A stretch of DNA of 21,097 nucleotides from Candidatus Wolframiiraptor gerlachensis (GTDB lineage: Archaea; Thermoproteota; Nitrososphaeria_A; Caldarchaeales; Wolframiiraptoraceae). Of the stretch, positions 17,506-21,097 are shown one piece after another; position 1 is the first letter of the stretch, and each line of letters begins with the position of its first letter. The notes beneath the pieces were generated by a model. It was not told the DNA's origin, did no database searches, and was given only the letters and a program-made list of their open reading frames with translations. Made by a program: the position numbers and the translations under genes. The stretch is taken from assembly GCA_021323375.2 (NCBI GenBank), contig JAJPCT020000011.1, positions 1-21,097 of the forward strand, written 5' to 3'.

Positions 17506-17601
17506 TAGATTGTATTCATTGGGGGCGAATAAGGCTTTCGCAAAACCCACACGCCCAGTCATACTCAGGGATTTAAACGGTATTTATCCAAGTGGAAGCT
17601 T

Positions 17602-19509
17602 CTACTCGCGAGCAAGCCTTCTAGCAAGATTCTCTACAAATTTCTCATAAACCTCGGCGAATGTCCTGTATGTTCTTCTCCCGAGCCTGTATATTGTTAT
17701 GAGGAAGAGTATGGCGGCTGCTGCCATCACTATCTTTGAGACGAGACCCCCAATCACGGGTATAGATGCGAAGCTCATCGAATAGCACCAAGCTATTAAG
17801 CCGAGAGCTGCGTATAGAAGGTCGATAAAGATCCTTCTAAGGATCTCCTTGGTTGCTCCAATCCTACTTACAAGCCTTACCGCGATAAGGTCTAAAAGCC
17901 TCTTCATCGAAGAGATTATCATATAGCCGAAGCCGATAACGAGAGCGGCCTCCAAGATTAATATGATGTGCTCTGCGAGCAGGAGCTCTCCATTAATCCC
18001 AAGAACCGGGAAATCGAAGAAGATCGGGCCAATCAACCTGAGGATTAACAGGGCCAGGATCAGCTTCAAGATTCTTCCAATGAGCTTGGAGATCACGGCC
18101 TTTACAGGGTCTATTGGATGCAATATCCTGGGCCAGGGCTCTCTCCCCCCAATAACAACGGGGCGCGACCCGATAATCTGGTGACGGGCGGCTAAGATCA
18201 GGCCAGCCGTATAGTATGCTAGGGGGATAAAAGCTATGTAAAGCAACGCGATGAGAGGCATCCCGAGAATAGCGGCCAAGAATACCATGAAGAGCCTAAC
18301 ATCACGCGTAACCGGAATAAACCTGATCTGTGATATATCGATTCCGCTTCCTTGGAGGAGATGGGTTAGGTAGCTCACTAGGATTATGTTTGCTGATGCG
18401 AGAATTGAGATGATGCCGATGATCTGGTCGAGGGGCCATAGCGCGATAATAAGCCCCATTATCACGGAGAGATCGGCCAGCCTATCTAGAAAAGAGTCCA
18501 GCAATGCCCCGAAGCTCGATACCCTCCTAAAGAGCCTTGCAAGCTCGCCATCCACGCCATCAATTATTGATGATGCTTGGATCAGCAGGCCGCCCATGAG
18601 AAAGCTTTGGAGGGCGAGAAAAATGGCTCCGCAAACACAAATCAGGAATGAGATTATGGATATGATGTTTGGATTGATATAGAGCCTCCGCCTATAGAGT
18701 GATATCGAGATCCTTGATGAGATCTGCCTATTGAGATATCGTGATACAAGCCCATCACTCGGTCTCGTAAGCTCCCTTCCTAATATCCGCCAGTAAAGCT
18801 TCCTCGCCTTCTCAAGATCCTTGGGCGTATCCACATCCTTCCAAAGCAGCCCAGTAACATCAACAAAACCCACTTGATTCTCGGCGGCAGCGAGGTTCAA
18901 CGCATCCTTTATCGCCGCCTTCGAGCCCCTTAACCTGATAGCCTCCTCGATATACTTCCTAGCATGGGGATTACAATAGATGATCCCGGTATCGATCCCG
19001 TAGAGGGGCTTAAGCGACTTATCAGCCTCGACCACTCTCCCATTCAATAGCATCAGCTTCAAGCCCTCCTCAGCCTCGATAACCGAGGGCTCCCTATCCA
19101 GACATAGCATGAACGCTTCCCGCGCCTTAACCGCCTCACTCAAGACCCTTTTCAACAGCTCATACTCGAAGATATGATCTGACATTAAGACCAGAAAGCT
19201 CCCATCAACCCTGCCCACAGCCGCCCAGAGGCTATAAAGATTCTCAAAGGAATCAAGATCCAACTCTACAAGCTCAACATCGTTAGGGAGCCTCGCTCGA
19301 ATAGAATGCGAGAATTCACGCCTAGTGACCACGATGATCCTCCTTAGGCCGGCTCGCCTAACCCTCTCAAGGATAAAATCGAGAATACTTACCCCAGGCT
19401 CGAGCTCCATCAAGCACTTGGGGGAGGCCTCGGAAAAGGGCTTAAGCCTACTCCCAATACCAGCGGCCAGAATTATCACTGAAACATCCTCCGAATGAGG
19501 TAAAGACAT
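17602..19509 (-). CDS. Bifunctional IPCT/DIPPS-like enzyme (NTP transferase + CDP-alcohol phosphotransferase) with an additional C-terminal membrane domain
   Basis: ILAAG.GSRL...PKCL, MSDH, DTG, W.DVDT..DL; then DG.VSRYLNR.IS, PN.IS and DGVDGELAR...GA.LDS.LDR.AD. Start placed at ATG 19509, ~30 nt from minus-strand TTATAT; ATG 19521 is an alternative. Confidence 0.85.
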   Translation of the reverse strand: MSLPHSEDVSVIILAAGIGSRLKPFSEASPKCLMELEPGVSILDFILERVRRAGLRRIIVVTRREFSHSIRARLPNDVELVELDLDSFENLYSLWAAVGRVDGSFLVLMSDHIFEYELLKRVLSEAVKAREAFMLCLDREPSVIEAEEGLKLMLLNGRVVEADKSLKPLYGIDTGIIYCNPHARKYIEEAIRLRGSKAAIKDALNLAAAENQVGFVDVTGLLWKDVDTPKDLEKARKLYWRILGRELTRPSDGLVSRYLNRQISSRISISLYRRRLYINPNIISIISFLICVCGAIFLALQSFLMGGLLIQASSIIDGVDGELARLFRRVSSFGALLDSFLDRLADLSVIMGLIIALWPLDQIIGIISILASANIILVSYLTHLLQGSGIDISQIRFIPVTRDVRLFMVFLAAILGMPLIALLYIAFIPLAYYTAGLILAARHQIIGSRPVVIGGREPWPRILHPIDPVKAVISKLIGRILKLILALLILRLIGPIFFDFPVLGINGELLLAEHIILILEAALVIGFGYMIISSMKRLLDLIAVRLVSRIGATKEILRRIFIDLLYAALGLIAWCYSMSFASIPVIGGLVSKIVMAAAAILFLITIYRLGRRTYRTFAEVYEKFVENLARRLARE

Positions 19510-19574
19510 GCTCCAAACCATCAGTCCAAGGATGAGATATAAGTCTTGGGAGCGCTACCGCTCGAGAAGTAACT

Positions 19575-19788
19575 GCGACAGGTTTTTATCCAAGAGGCAC
19601 CACACATACTATTGGCTGGCGGCGACGGCGGTACCGCCCACGAAACGCCCCGGGCCGCTGACCCGGCCCGCCCATGTGTGGGCGGCCTCCTCCGCCAGCC
19701 ACAAGATGGGGACCTAAGCACATGATCACGCTTAGGTCTTACGCGGGGCCCCCGTAAAACCCCGCCTGGAAGCGCGCCCCAGGCGGCG
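19575..19788 (+). promoter_or_regulatory. rRNA promoter and 5' external transcribed leader
   Basis: TTTTTAT at 19583-19589 followed by a GC-rich leader with stems 19613-19622/19692-19701, 19711-19719/19730-19738 and 19762-19769/19779-19786. Confidence 0.6.

Positions 19789-21097
<1,309 letters not shown>

Overview
Archaeal chromosomal window, most likely from a (hyper)thermophilic TACK/Thermoproteota lineage. The GC-rich 16S rRNA and a di-myo-inositol-phosphate synthesis gene support this; an Aigarchaeota-like assignment is only an inference. In order, it contains: the 3' part of a divergent group II chaperonin; an ureidoglycolate-lyase-like cupin; a four-gene sugar-type (CUT2) ABC transporter in mixed orientation; a histidine cluster (hisD->, <-hisB, hisG-A-F-E-H-I->, no hisC); Hsp20; argS; a DRG-type GTPase; a Trm14-like THUMP methyltransferase; a PD-(D/E)XK-fold hypothetical protein; an IPCT/DIPPS fusion with an extra membrane domain; and the 5' ~1.3 kb of 16S rRNA. 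The most striking unexplained element is a ~220-nt minus-strand structured RNA candidate (17287-17505). It has a 10-bp terminal stem, a four-way junction, a double loop-loop pairing (7+6 bp) and its own promoter-like signal, and it overlaps the 3' end of the nuclease-fold gene. Also notable are a structured element ahead of hisG, non-canonical active sites in both HisD and HisB, and coordinated substitutions at near-universal 16S positions. All folds and alignments were done by eye.
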